Assembly: GCA_965221015.1 (NCBI GenBank)
Contig: OZ244859.1
Location: 922,046-986,045 of the forward strand
DNA: 64,000 nt
From: an uncultured Pseudohongiella sp.
GTDB taxonomy: Bacteria > Pseudomonadota > Gammaproteobacteria > Pseudomonadales > Pseudohongiellaceae
Direction of reading: 5' to 3'
The position numbers were made by a program, and so were the translations under genes. Below, in pieces: positions 31,601-43,600 of the stretch. The number at the start of each line of letters is the position of its first letter. Position 1 is the first letter of the stretch. The notes below the pieces were generated by a model, which made no database searches, was not told the DNA's origin, and saw only the letters and a program-made list of their open reading frames with translations.

Positions 31601-34600
31601 CGCGCGGAGAGCGGGGCCGGCGCCGGCCCGGCGGCGCGGGTGACCGGAAGGCCGGAGCTGGCGGTCCCCGGCGCCCCGACCGGGCTCAGCGCCACGGCGG
31701 GCAACGCCGAAGTGGACCTGGCCTGGACGCTGCCCACCAACACCAGCGAGATTGTCTCCGTGCAGGTGCGCTGGAAGGCCACAGTGGACCTGCCGTTCGA
31801 CGACGCCCGCGACAAGTGGACCGACCTTCCGTCCTCCGCGGCCACCGACCACAAGGTCACCGGCCTGACCAACGGCACCGGCTACACCTTCCAGGTGCGC
31901 GCCACCAACAAGGCTGGCAACGGCGAGCCGGCCACCGGCGCGGCGACGCCGCGGGCGCCGCCGCTGGTGACGCCGGGCGCGCCGACCAACCTGAGCACGG
32001 TGCCCGGCGACACCGAGGTGGTGGTGCTGTGGACGCTGCCCACGAACACCAGCCAGATCGACAGCGTCGAGCTGCGCCACAAGGTGAAGACGGCCCCCGA
32101 CACCGGCTGGAGCCAGTGGACCTCCCTGGCCGGCACGGCCGAGCGTTCCCGGGTGACGGGCCTGGTCAACGGCACCGACTACCTGTTCGAGGTCCGCGCG
32201 GTGAACACCGCGGGCACCGGCCCGTCCGCCAGCGTCGAGGGCACGCCGCAGCTGGCGAAGCCCTCGTCCCCGAGCAACCTGCAGGCCAGCGCCGGCGACA
32301 CACAAGTGACCCTGACCTGGGACCTGCCGGACAAGGGCACCGTGGACAGCATCGACGTGCGCCACAAGAAGAGGGCGGACACAAGCTGGGGCCAATGGAC
32401 CCTGCTGGCGGCGGATGCCACCACCCACACCGTGACCGGCCTCGACAACGGCGTGCCCTACGAGTTCCAGGTCCGCGCCACCAACGCCGCCGGCAGCAGC
32501 GACCCGGTGGCCGTGGCCGGAACGCCGAAGCTGGCGGTCCCGGACGCCCCCGGCAACCTGACCGCCTCCGCGGGCGACGGCGCGGTGGCCCTGACCTGGG
32601 ACCTGCCCACCAACACCAGCGAAATCGACAATATGCAGGTGGCATACCGGGAGTCCGGCGCGGCCAACTACCTGCCCTGGGTCGACCTGGCGAAGGACGC
32701 CACCAGCTACGACGTTACCGGCCTGACCAACGGCACCGAGTACAACTTCATCGTGCGCGCGCTGAACGGCGCGGGCCGCGGCGCCGAGGCGCGGGTGGAC
32801 GCGACGCCCGAGGCGGGGCCGGGCAAGGTGCCGTCCGCGCCGGCCGACCTGGCGGCGACGGCGGGCGACACCAAGGTTTCGCTGGCGTGGATCCAGTCCC
32901 GCGACAATAGCATCACCAAGTACCAGTTCCGCTACGCCGAAGGCGCGTCCGTGCCCGGCACCGAGAGCTGGACCGACATCGCCGGCAGCGGCGCCGGCAC
33001 CACCGGCCACGAAGTGACCGGCCTGACCAACGACACCCTGCACGCCTTCGAGATCCGCGCGGTGAACGCCAACGGCGCCGGCGCGGCCTCGGCGGTGACG
33101 GCGACGCCGAAGCTGGCGATCCCCGAAGCTCCCGGCAACCTGACCGCGGCGCCCGGCGACGGCAAGGTCGGCCTGACCTGGGACCTGCCCACCAACACGA
33201 GCGAAATCGACAGGATGCAGGTGGCATACAAGCTGAAGAGCGCGGCGAACTTCCAGCCCTGGGTTGACCTGGCGAAAGACGCCACCAGTTACGAAGTCAC
33301 CGGCCTGACCAACGGCAGCGAGTACACGTTCATCGTGCGCGCGCTGAACGGCGCGGGCCGCGGCGCCGTGGCGGAGGTGGATTCGACGCCGGTGGCGGTG
33401 CCGACCGCGCCGACCGGCCTGGCGGCGGCCCCCGGCGATACCCAGGTCGTCCTGAGCTGGACCCTGCCGGCAAACTCCGGCGCGCTGACCAGGGTGCAGG
33501 CGCGCCACAAGGCGGACACGGCGAAGGACTGGGAGGCCTGGGTTGACCTGGCGGCGAACGCCACCACCCACACCGTGACCGGCCTGACCAACGGCGAGCT
33601 GTACAACTTCGAGGTGCGGGCGGAGAACGCCTCCGGCCCCGGCGCGGCGGCGTCGGTCTCGGCCACTCCGGTGCCCCCGCTGGTTGCCCCTGGCGCGCCG
33701 ACCAACCTGAGCGCGGTGCCCGGCGACACCGAGGTGGTGGTGCTGTGGACCCTGCCCACGAACACCAGCCAGATCGACAGCGTCGAACTGCGCCACAAGG
33801 TGAAGTCGGCCCCCGACACCGGCTGGAGCCAGTGGACCTCCCTGGCGGGCACGGCGGAGCGCTCCCGGGTGACGGGCCTGGCCAACGGCACCGACTACCT
33901 GTTCGAGGTCCGCGCGGTGAACACCGCGGGCACCGGCCCGTCGGCCAGCGTCGAGGGCACGCCGCAGCTGGCGAAGCCCTCGTCCCCGAGCAACCTGCAG
34001 GCCAGCGCCGGCGACACACAAGTGACCCTGACCTGGGACCTGCCGGACAAGGGCACCGTGGACACCATCGACGTGCGCCACAAGAAGAAGACGGACACAA
34101 GCTGGAGCCTCTGGACCCGGCTGGCGGCGGATGCCACCACCACCACCGTGACCGCCCTCGACAACGGCGTGACCTACGAGTTCGAGGTCCGCGCCAGCAA
34201 CGGCGCCGGCAGCAGCGACCCGGTGGCCGTGGACGCCCAGCCGAAGCTGGCGGTCCCCGAAGCCCCGACGAGCCTGACGGCAACCGGCGGCAACGCCCAG
34301 GTCGCCCTGAGCTGGACCCTGCCGACAAACGCCAGCGTGATCGGCGCGGTGCAGGTGCGCTGGAAGGCCACCGCCGACCTGCCGTTCAGCGCTGGCGACG
34401 CCTGGACCGACCTCGCCGGCACGGCCACCGCCTACACGGCCACCGGCCTGACCAACGGCACTGGCTACACCTTCGCAGTGCGCGCCACCAACACCGCCGG
34501 CGACGGCCCCGCGGCCACCGCCGCGGCCACACCGATGGCGCCCTCGACGCCGGCGCGCACGTTGACCTTCACCTTCTCCGATGACGGCACCACCACCACC

Positions 34601-37600
34601 ATTGCCGCCTCCGGAAGCCTGGATATGTCCAGCTTTAGAGAAGTCGGGGATACGGTGCCGGAAGACATCATCTACATCAAGATAGACGACACCGAAGACT
34701 GGGCATTTCATCCGTCGTCGGTAGGCGGGATCCCGTCGAAGCGCTACGACCAGCTGCCGGACTTCAACATAATCGGAAGGAATACCTACACGGGTACTAC
34801 GTCTATCGACAGCGCGCAAAACTACAGCAACGAGTTCACCATCCGGTTCAGCACCTTCCGCAAGTACATGGTCGTGGACAAGGCCAGCCTCAACGGGGAC
34901 ATCTATAACCCGACGGGCAAAAAGGTCACGCTCTCGGGCACCGTGCTCGGCACCTTCGGCGACAACGACTTCCGCATCGAGCTTGGGATTGGCAACCAGA
35001 AGATCGTTTACACGGCAACACCGCCGCCGGTACCCGCCGCGCCCGCCAACCTGGCCGCCGCGCCCGGCGACACCGAAGTCACCCTGAGCTGGAACAACCC
35101 GAACGATTCCAGCATCACCAGGTACCAGCTCCGCCAGGCCCAGGGCCAAACCGTGCCCGGCAGCACCGCCTGGACCGACATCGCCGGCAGCGGCGCCGCC
35201 ACCACCAGCCACACGGTGTCGGACCTCATCAACGGCCAGCAATACGCCTTCCAGATCCGGGCCGTGAACAACGCCGGCAACAGTGACGCCTCCGACACCG
35301 CCACCGCGACGCCGCGGGCCGATACTGATCCCAGCTTCGGCACCGAGACCATCGCCGACCAGAACTACACCCGCAACACGGCCATCGCCACGCTGACCCT
35401 GCCCGAAGCCACCGGCGGCAACGGCACCCTGACCTACAGCCTGAACCCGGCCGCCCCCGCGGGCCTGAATTTCGACGCCACCAACCGCACCCTCACCGGC
35501 ACCCCGAGCGCGGTCCAGGATGAGACGGCCTACACCTACACGGTCACCGACGCCGACGGCGACACGGCGACACTCACGTTCAACATCACCGTCGCCGAGG
35601 CGGTCGAACCGCCCGCCAAGCCCAGGAACTTCACCGCCGTGGCCGGCGACACGGAAGTCACCCTGAACTGGGAAGATCCCAGGGACGACAGCATCACCAA
35701 GTACCAGATATTCGACTTTGAAAACGTGGGCTTTGACCTGTGGGATGACATTCCGGGCAGCGGCGCCACCACCGCCACCCACACGGTGACCGGCCTGACC
35801 AACGGCACCGAGTACACCTTCCAGATCCGCGCCGTGGCCGGCAGCCTCCCGGGCGACGCCTCCGACGCGGTCAAGGCGACGCCGCAAGTGGCGGTTCCGG
35901 ACGCCCCGGACAACCTGACGGCCACCGCGGGCGACCGCTCCGTGAGCCTGAGCTGGGACCTGCCCACCAACACCAGCGCGCTGGACAAGGTGCAGGTGCG
36001 CCACCAGGTCCGGGGCGAGACCACCTGGGAGCCCTGGACCGACCTGGCCGCGGACGCCACCACCCACACCGTGGCCAACCTGAAGAACGGCCAGGACTAC
36101 CTGTTCGAAGTGCGCGCGGAGAGCGCGTCCGGCGCCGGCCCGGCGGCGCGGGTGGCCGGAACGCCGAAGCTGGCGGTCCCGGACGCCCCCGGCAACCTGA
36201 CCGCCTCCGCGGGCGACGGCGCGGTGGCCCTGACCTGGGACCTGCCCACCAACACCAGCGAAATCGACAATATGCAGGTGGCATACCGTGAGTCCGGCGC
36301 GGCCAACTACCTGCCCTGGGTCGACCTGGCGAAGGACGCCACCAGTTACGACGTCACCGGCCTGACCAACGGCACCGAGTACAACTTCATCGTGCGCGCG
36401 CTGAATGGCGCGGGCCGCGGCGCCGAGGCGCGGGTGGACGCGACGCCCGAGGCGGGGCCGGGCAAGGTGCCGTCCGCGCCGGCCGACCTGGCGGCGACGG
36501 CGGGCGACACCAAGGTTTCGCTGGCGTGGACCCAGTCCCGCGACAACAGCATCACCAAGTACCAGTTCCGCTACGCCGAAGGCGCGTCCGTGCCCGGCAC
36601 CGAGAGCTGGACCGACATCGCCGGCAGCGGCGCCGGCACCACCGGCCACACGGTGACCGGCCTGACCAACGACACCCTGCACGCCTTCGAAATCCGCGCG
36701 GTGAACGCCAACGGCGCCGGCGCGGCCTCGGCGGTGACGGCCACGCCGAAGCTGGCGATCCCCGAAGCCCCCGGCAACCTGACCGCGGCACCCGGCGACG
36801 GCAAGGTCGGCCTGACCTGGGACCTGCCCACCAACACCAGCGAAATCGACAGGATGCAGGTGGCATACAAGCTGAAGAGCGCGGCGAACTTCCAGCCCTG
36901 GGTTGACCTGGCGAAAGACGCCACCAGTTACGAAGTCACCGGCCTGACCAACGGCAGCGAGTACACGTTCATCGTGCGCGCGCTGAACGGCGCCGGCCGC
37001 GGCGCCGTGGCGGAGGTGGATTCGACGCCGGTGGCGGTGCCGACCGCGCCGACCGGCCTGGCGGCGGCCCCCGGCGACACGCAAGTCGTGCTCAGCTGGA
37101 CCCTGCCGACCAACTCCGGCGCGCTGACCAGGGTGCAGGCGCGCCACAAGGCGGACACGGCGAAAGACTGGGAGGCCTGGGTTGACCTGGCCGCGAACGC
37201 CACCACCCACACCGTGACCGGCCTGACCAACGGCGAGCTGTACAACTTCGAGGTGCGGGCGGAGAACGCCTCCGGCCCCGGCGCGGCCGCGTCGGTCTCG
37301 GCCACCCCGGTGCCCCCGCTGGTTGCCCCTGGCGCGCCGACCAACCTGAGCACGGTGCCCGGCGACACCGAGGTGGTGGTGCTGTGGACCCTGCCCACCA
37401 ACACCAGGCAGATCGACAGCGTCGAGCTGCGCCACAAGGTGAAGGCGGCCCCCGACACCGGCTGGAGCCAGTGGACCTCCCTGGCCGGCACGGCGGAGCG
37501 TTCCCGGGTGACGGGCCTGGTCAACGGCACCGACTACCTGTTCGAGGTCCGCGCGGTGAACACCGCGGGCACCGGCCCGTCGGCCAGCGTCGAGGGCACG

Positions 37601-40600
37601 CCGCAGCTGGCGAAGCCCTCGTCCCCGAGCAACCTGCAGGCCAGCGCCGGCGACACAACGGTGACCCTGACCTGGGACCTGCCGGACAAGGGCACCGTGG
37701 ACACCATCGACGTGCGCCACAAGAAGAAGACGGACACAAGCTGGAGCCTCTGGACCCGGCTGGCGGCGGATGCCACCACCACCACCGTGACCGCCCTCGA
37801 CAACGGCGTGACCTACGAGTTCGAGGTCCGCGCCAGCAACGGCGCCGGCAGCAGCGACCCGGTGGCCGTGGACGCCCAGCCGAAGCTGGCGGTCCCCGAA
37901 GCCCCGACGAGCCTGACGGCAACCGGCGGCAACGCCCAGGTCGCCCTGAGCTGGACCCTGCCGACAAACGCCAGCGTGATCGGCGCGGTGCAGGTGCGCT
38001 GGAAGGCCACCGCCGACCTGCCGTTCAGCGCCGGCGACGCCTGGACCGACCTCGCCGGCACGGCCACCGCCTACACGGCCACCGGCCTGACCAACGGCAC
38101 TGGCTACACCTTCGCAGTGCGCGCCACCAACACCGCCGGCGACGGCCCCGCGGCCACCGCCGCGGCCACACCGGCGCTGCCGCCGGGTATTGCGGTGTCG
38201 CCGGACAGCCTCCAGATCAGGCCGGGTGCCAGCGCCACCTTCACCGCGGCGCTGTCCACCGAGCCGAGCGGCACGGTGACCGTGGCCGTGACCAGCAACG
38301 ACAGCGACGTGACGGTGGATTCGGCTTCCTCCAGCCTGACCTTCACCGCCGCGAATTACGCCACGCCGCAAACGGTGACCGTGAACATGGTTGCGAACCC
38401 GGACGACGGCAACGCGACCATCAATCTGGCCGCCAGCGGCGGCGGCTACGCCGGCGTGACCGCCTCGGTGGCGGTGAGCCTGGAGCCCGCGCCCAGCTTC
38501 GGCACGCAGACGGTGGCCGACCAGACCTACAGCCAGGATCTGGCCATCACCACCTTGAACCTGCCCGAAGCCACCGGCGGTGACACTCCGCTGACCTACA
38601 CGCTGACGCCAACGCCCCCGGCGGGATTGGTCTTCGACGCCGCAAACCGCACCCTCGCCGGCACGCCGACCGCGGTCCAGGTTGCGACGCCATACACCTA
38701 TACCGTCACCGATGACAATGGCGACGCGGCAAGCCTCACGTTCAACATCACAATCACCTTGCCGCCGGCGCCGGACGCGCCCACAGGCTTGGCCGCGGTG
38801 GGCAGCGACACCAAGGTCACATTGACCTGGACGGACCCGGGCAACACCTCCATCACCAAGTACCAGCTGCGCTACCGTGAAGGTCCCACCGTGCCCGGCA
38901 CCGCCGACTGGGAGGACATCCCCGGCAGCGATGACACGACCACAACGCACCAAGTGAGCGGCCTTCTCAACGGATACGAATACGCGTTCCAGATTCGCGC
39001 GGTGAACGCCGGCGGCGAGAGCGACCCCTCGGCAACGGTGACGGCAAGGCCGTCGATCGAAGGCCGACCGCCCCCCGCAACCATAGTCAGCGTGGGTCCG
39101 GGCACCAACGACAAAGACCTCGACATTGTCTGGAACTGGAGCCTCGGCGATTCGCCATGCACCATGAATTCCTACACGATCGAATACAAGAGAAGCGATG
39201 CTTCCGAGTGGAACGACCACGCCGCAACTAAGCCGAACTCGCCCGAGCATGGCGTGTTTGAAATCTACGAGGATCTTGGTACCGGGGTCACCAACAAGCG
39301 CAACACGATCAACTTGCAGACCGTTGGTCGCAATCCCGGTGAGGTCGGCGTATCGCTGGATGACACCACTTACGATGTCCGTATCCGCATGTGGTCACTG
39401 GTCTGCTTTGAGTTGGACCAAGACTTTCCAGACCATGAAAGCGGCAGGCCGTTCTACCTGTTGGGCAAGCCGACCAGCTTCACCGCAACGGCGGGTGACG
39501 CGAAGGCGACGCTGGCGGCAACCGTGGCGCAGCGCGGCCCGGCGATCCAGAAGTGGCAGTACACCTACAAAGAGGGCGCCGCCGGCACCTTCATCGACTG
39601 GACCGACATCGCCGACAGCGCTTCCTTGACGATTTCCGACAAGGATGTGGCGGGCCTGACCAACGGCACCACCTATACCTTCAAGGTGCGCGGGGTCCAC
39701 GAGCAAGGCGCGGGCGCCGAGTCGGATGAAGTGATGGTGACGCCGGTGTCCGCGGTGAACACGCCGCCGACGGCTTCCGACAATACCGTCACCACGGATG
39801 AGGACACCGCCTACACCTTTGACGCCGCCGACTTCAACTTCAGTGACGTGGACAGCGGCGACACCCTCGCCAGTGTGAAGATCACCGGCCTTGAAACCGC
39901 CGGCGCGTTGCAGCTGAGCGGCGCCGACGTGACCCTGGACCAGGTGATCACCGCCGCCGATATTGACGGCGACAACCTGACCTTCACCCCGGCGGCCAAC
40001 GCCAACGGCGACCCCTACGCCAGCTTCGGGTTCTCGGTCAACGACGGCACCGACGACAGCACGGCGTCCTACACCATGACCATCGACGTGACGCCGGTGA
40101 ACGACGCGCCCACCGTGGCCAACGCCATCGGCGCCCGTTCGGTGGCCGCCGGCTCGAACCTGACCGTGGCGCTGGAAACCGACGGCAGCGAAGTGTTCAA
40201 CGACGTTGACGGCGACGCGCTGACCTATACGGCCACGTCCGCCACCGAAACCGCGGCGACGGTAACCGTGGACAACGACGCCAACACGATCACGCTGACC
40301 GGCGTCGCGGCTGGCACTTCGGAGATCACTGTGACCGCGGCCGACGGCAACGGCGGTACGGTGAACGACACGTTCACGCTGACGGTCACGGCCGCGCCGC
40401 CGACCAACACCCCGCCGACGGCTTCCGACAATACCGTCACCACGGATGAGGACACCGCCTACACCTTCGACGCCGCCGACTTCAACTTCAGCGACGTGGA
40501 CAGCGGCGACACCCTCGCCAGCGTGAAGATCACCGGTCTTGAAACCGCCGGCGCGTTGCAACTCAGCGGCGCCGACGTGACCCAGGACCAGGTGATCACC

Positions 40601-43600
40601 GCCGCCAGCATAGACGGCGACAACCTGACCTTCACCCCGGTGGCCAACGCCAACGGCGACCCCTACGCAACGTTCCAGTTCAGCGTCAACGACGGCACCG
40701 ACGACAGCACGGCGTCCTACACCATGACCATCGACGTAACCGCCGTGAACGACGCGCCCACCGTGGCCAACGCCATCGGCGCCCGCACCGTGGCCGCAGG
40801 CTCGAACCTGACCGTGGCGCTTGAGACATCTGGCAGCGAAGTGTTCAACGATGTTGACGGCGACACGCTGACCTACTCGGCCACTTCCGCCACCGAAACC
40901 GCCGCGACGGTTACGGTGGACAACGACGCGAACACAATCACGCTGACCGGCGTCGCGGCTGGCACTTCGGAGATCACTGTGACCGCGGCCGACGGCAACG
41001 GCGGTACGGTGAACGACACGTTCACGCTGACGGTCACGGCCGCGCCGCCGACCAACACCCCGCCGACGGCTTCCGACAATACCGTCACCACGGATGAGGA
41101 CACCGCCTACACCTTCGACGCCACCGACTTCAACTTCAGCGACGTGGACAGCGGCGACACCCTCGCCAGCGTCAAGATCACCGGCCTCGAAACCGCCGGC
41201 GCCCTGCAACTGAGCGGCGCCGACGTGACCCAGGACCAAGTGATTCCGGTAGCCAACATCGACGGCGACAACCTGACCTTCACCCCGGCGGCCAACGCCA
41301 ACGGCGACCCCTACGCAACGTTCCAGTTCAGCGTCAACGACGGCACCGACGACAGCGCCGCGTCCTACACCATGACCATCGACGTCACGCCGGTGAACGA
41401 CGCGCCCACCGTGGCCAACGCCATCGGCGCCCGCACCGTGGCCGCAGGCTCGAACCTGACCGTGGCGCTTGAGACATCTGGCAGCGAAGTGTTCAACGAT
41501 GTTGACGGCGACACGCTGACTTATACGGCCACGTCCGCCACCGAAACCGCGGCGACGGTAACCGTGGACAACGACGCCAACACAATCACGCTGACCGGCG
41601 TCGCGGCGGGCACTTCGGAGATCACCGTCACCGCGGCCGACGGCAACGGCGGCAGCGTCACCAACACTTTCACCTTGACCGTGACCTCGGACCCCGGCCC
41701 GACCAACACCCCGCCGACGGCTTCCGACAACACCGTCACCACGGACGAAGACACGGCCTACACGTTTGACGCCGCCGACTTCAACTTCAGCGACGTCGAC
41801 TCCGGCGACACCCTCGCCAGCGTCAAGATCACCGGCCTCGAAACCACCGGCGCCCTGCAACTGAGCGGCGCCGACGTGACCCAGGACCAAGTGATTCCGG
41901 TAGCCAACATCGACGCCGACAACCTGACCTTCACCCCGGCCGCCAACGCCAACGGCGACCCCTACGCAACCTTCCGGTTCTCGGTCAACGACGGCGAAGC
42001 CGACAGCGCCGCGTCCTACACCATGACCATCGACGTGACGCCGGTGAACGACGCGCCCACCGTGGCCAACGCCATCGGCGCCCGTTCGGTGGCCGCCGGT
42101 TCGAACCTGACCGTGGCGCTTGAGACATCTGGCAGCGAAGTATTCAACGATGTCGACGGCGACACGCTGACCTACTCGGCCACGTCCGCCACCGAAACCG
42201 CGGCGACGGTAACCGTGGACAACGACGCCAACACAGTCACGCTGACCGGCGTCGCGGCTGGCACCTCGGTGATCACCGTGACCGCAAACGACGGCAACGG
42301 CGGCAGCGTCACCGACACCTTCACCTTGACCGTGACCTCGGACCCCGGCCCGACCAACACCCCGCCGACGGCTTCCGACAATACCGTCACCACGGATGAG
42401 GACACCGCCTACACCTTCGACGCCGCCGACTTCAACTTTAGCGACGTGGACAGCGGCGACACCCTCGCCAGCGTCAAGATCACCGGCCTTGAAACCGCCG
42501 GCGCCCTGCAACTCAGCGGCACCGACGTGACCCAGGACCAGGTGATCACCGCGGCCAACATCGACGGCGACAACCTGACCTTCACCCCGGCCGCCAACGC
42601 CAACGGCGACCCCTACGCAACGTTCCAGTTCAGCGTCAACGACGGCACCGACGACAGCGCCGCGTCCTACACCATGACCATCGACGTCACCGCCGTGAAC
42701 GACGCGCCCACCGTGGCCAACGCCATCGGCGCCCGCACCGTGGCCGCAGGCTCGAACCTGACCGTGGCGCTTGAGACATCTGGCAGCGAAGTGTTCAACG
42801 ATGTTGACGGCGACACGCTGACCTACTCGGCCACTTCCGCCACCGAAACCGCCGCGACGGTTACGGTGGACAACGACGCGAACACAATCACGCTGACCGG
42901 CGTCGCGGCTGGCACTTCGGAGATCACCGTGACCGCAAACGACGGCAACGGCGGCAGCGTCACCGACACCTTCACGCTGACCGTGACTTCGGACCCCGGC
43001 CCGACCAACACGCCGCCGACGGCTTCCGACAACACGGTCACCACGGATGAAGACACCGCCTACACCTTCGACGCCGCCGACTTCAACTTCAGCGACGTGG
43101 ACAGCGGCGACACCCTCGCCAGCGTGAAGATCACCGGCCTTGAAACCGCCGGCGCCTTGCAACTGAGCGGCGCCGACGTGACCCAGGACCAAGTGATTCC
43201 GGTAGCCAACATCGACGCCGACAACCTGACTTTCACCCCGGCCGCCAACGCCAACGGCGACCCCTACGCAACCTTCCGGTTCTCGGTCAACGACGGCGAA
43301 GCGGACAGCGCCGCGTCCTACACCATGACCCTCGACGTGACGCCGGTGAACGACGCACCCACCGTGGCCAACGCCATCGGCGCCCGTTCGGTGGCCGCCG
43401 GCTCGAACCTGACCGTGGCGCTTGAGACATCTGGCAGCGAGGTGTTCAACGACGTTGACGGCGACACGCTGACTTATACGGCCACTTCCGCCACCGAAAC
43501 CGCGGCGACGGTAACCGTGGACAACGACGCCAACACGATCACGCTGACCGGCGTCGCGGCTGGCACTTCGGAGATCACTGTGACCGCGGCCGACGGCAAC

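Noticed and set aside
30047-39250. 3067-aa ORF on the minus strand, antisense to the giant gene.
   Set aside because: Its translation is monotonous R/G/A/V/H/Q-rich sequence with no recognisable domains, and it mirrors the sense-strand repeats exactly. In a GC-rich gene made of Thr/Ala/Gly/Pro/Val codons the antisense frames are stop-poor by composition. The sense frame has clear domain grammar, a signal peptide and a barrel.
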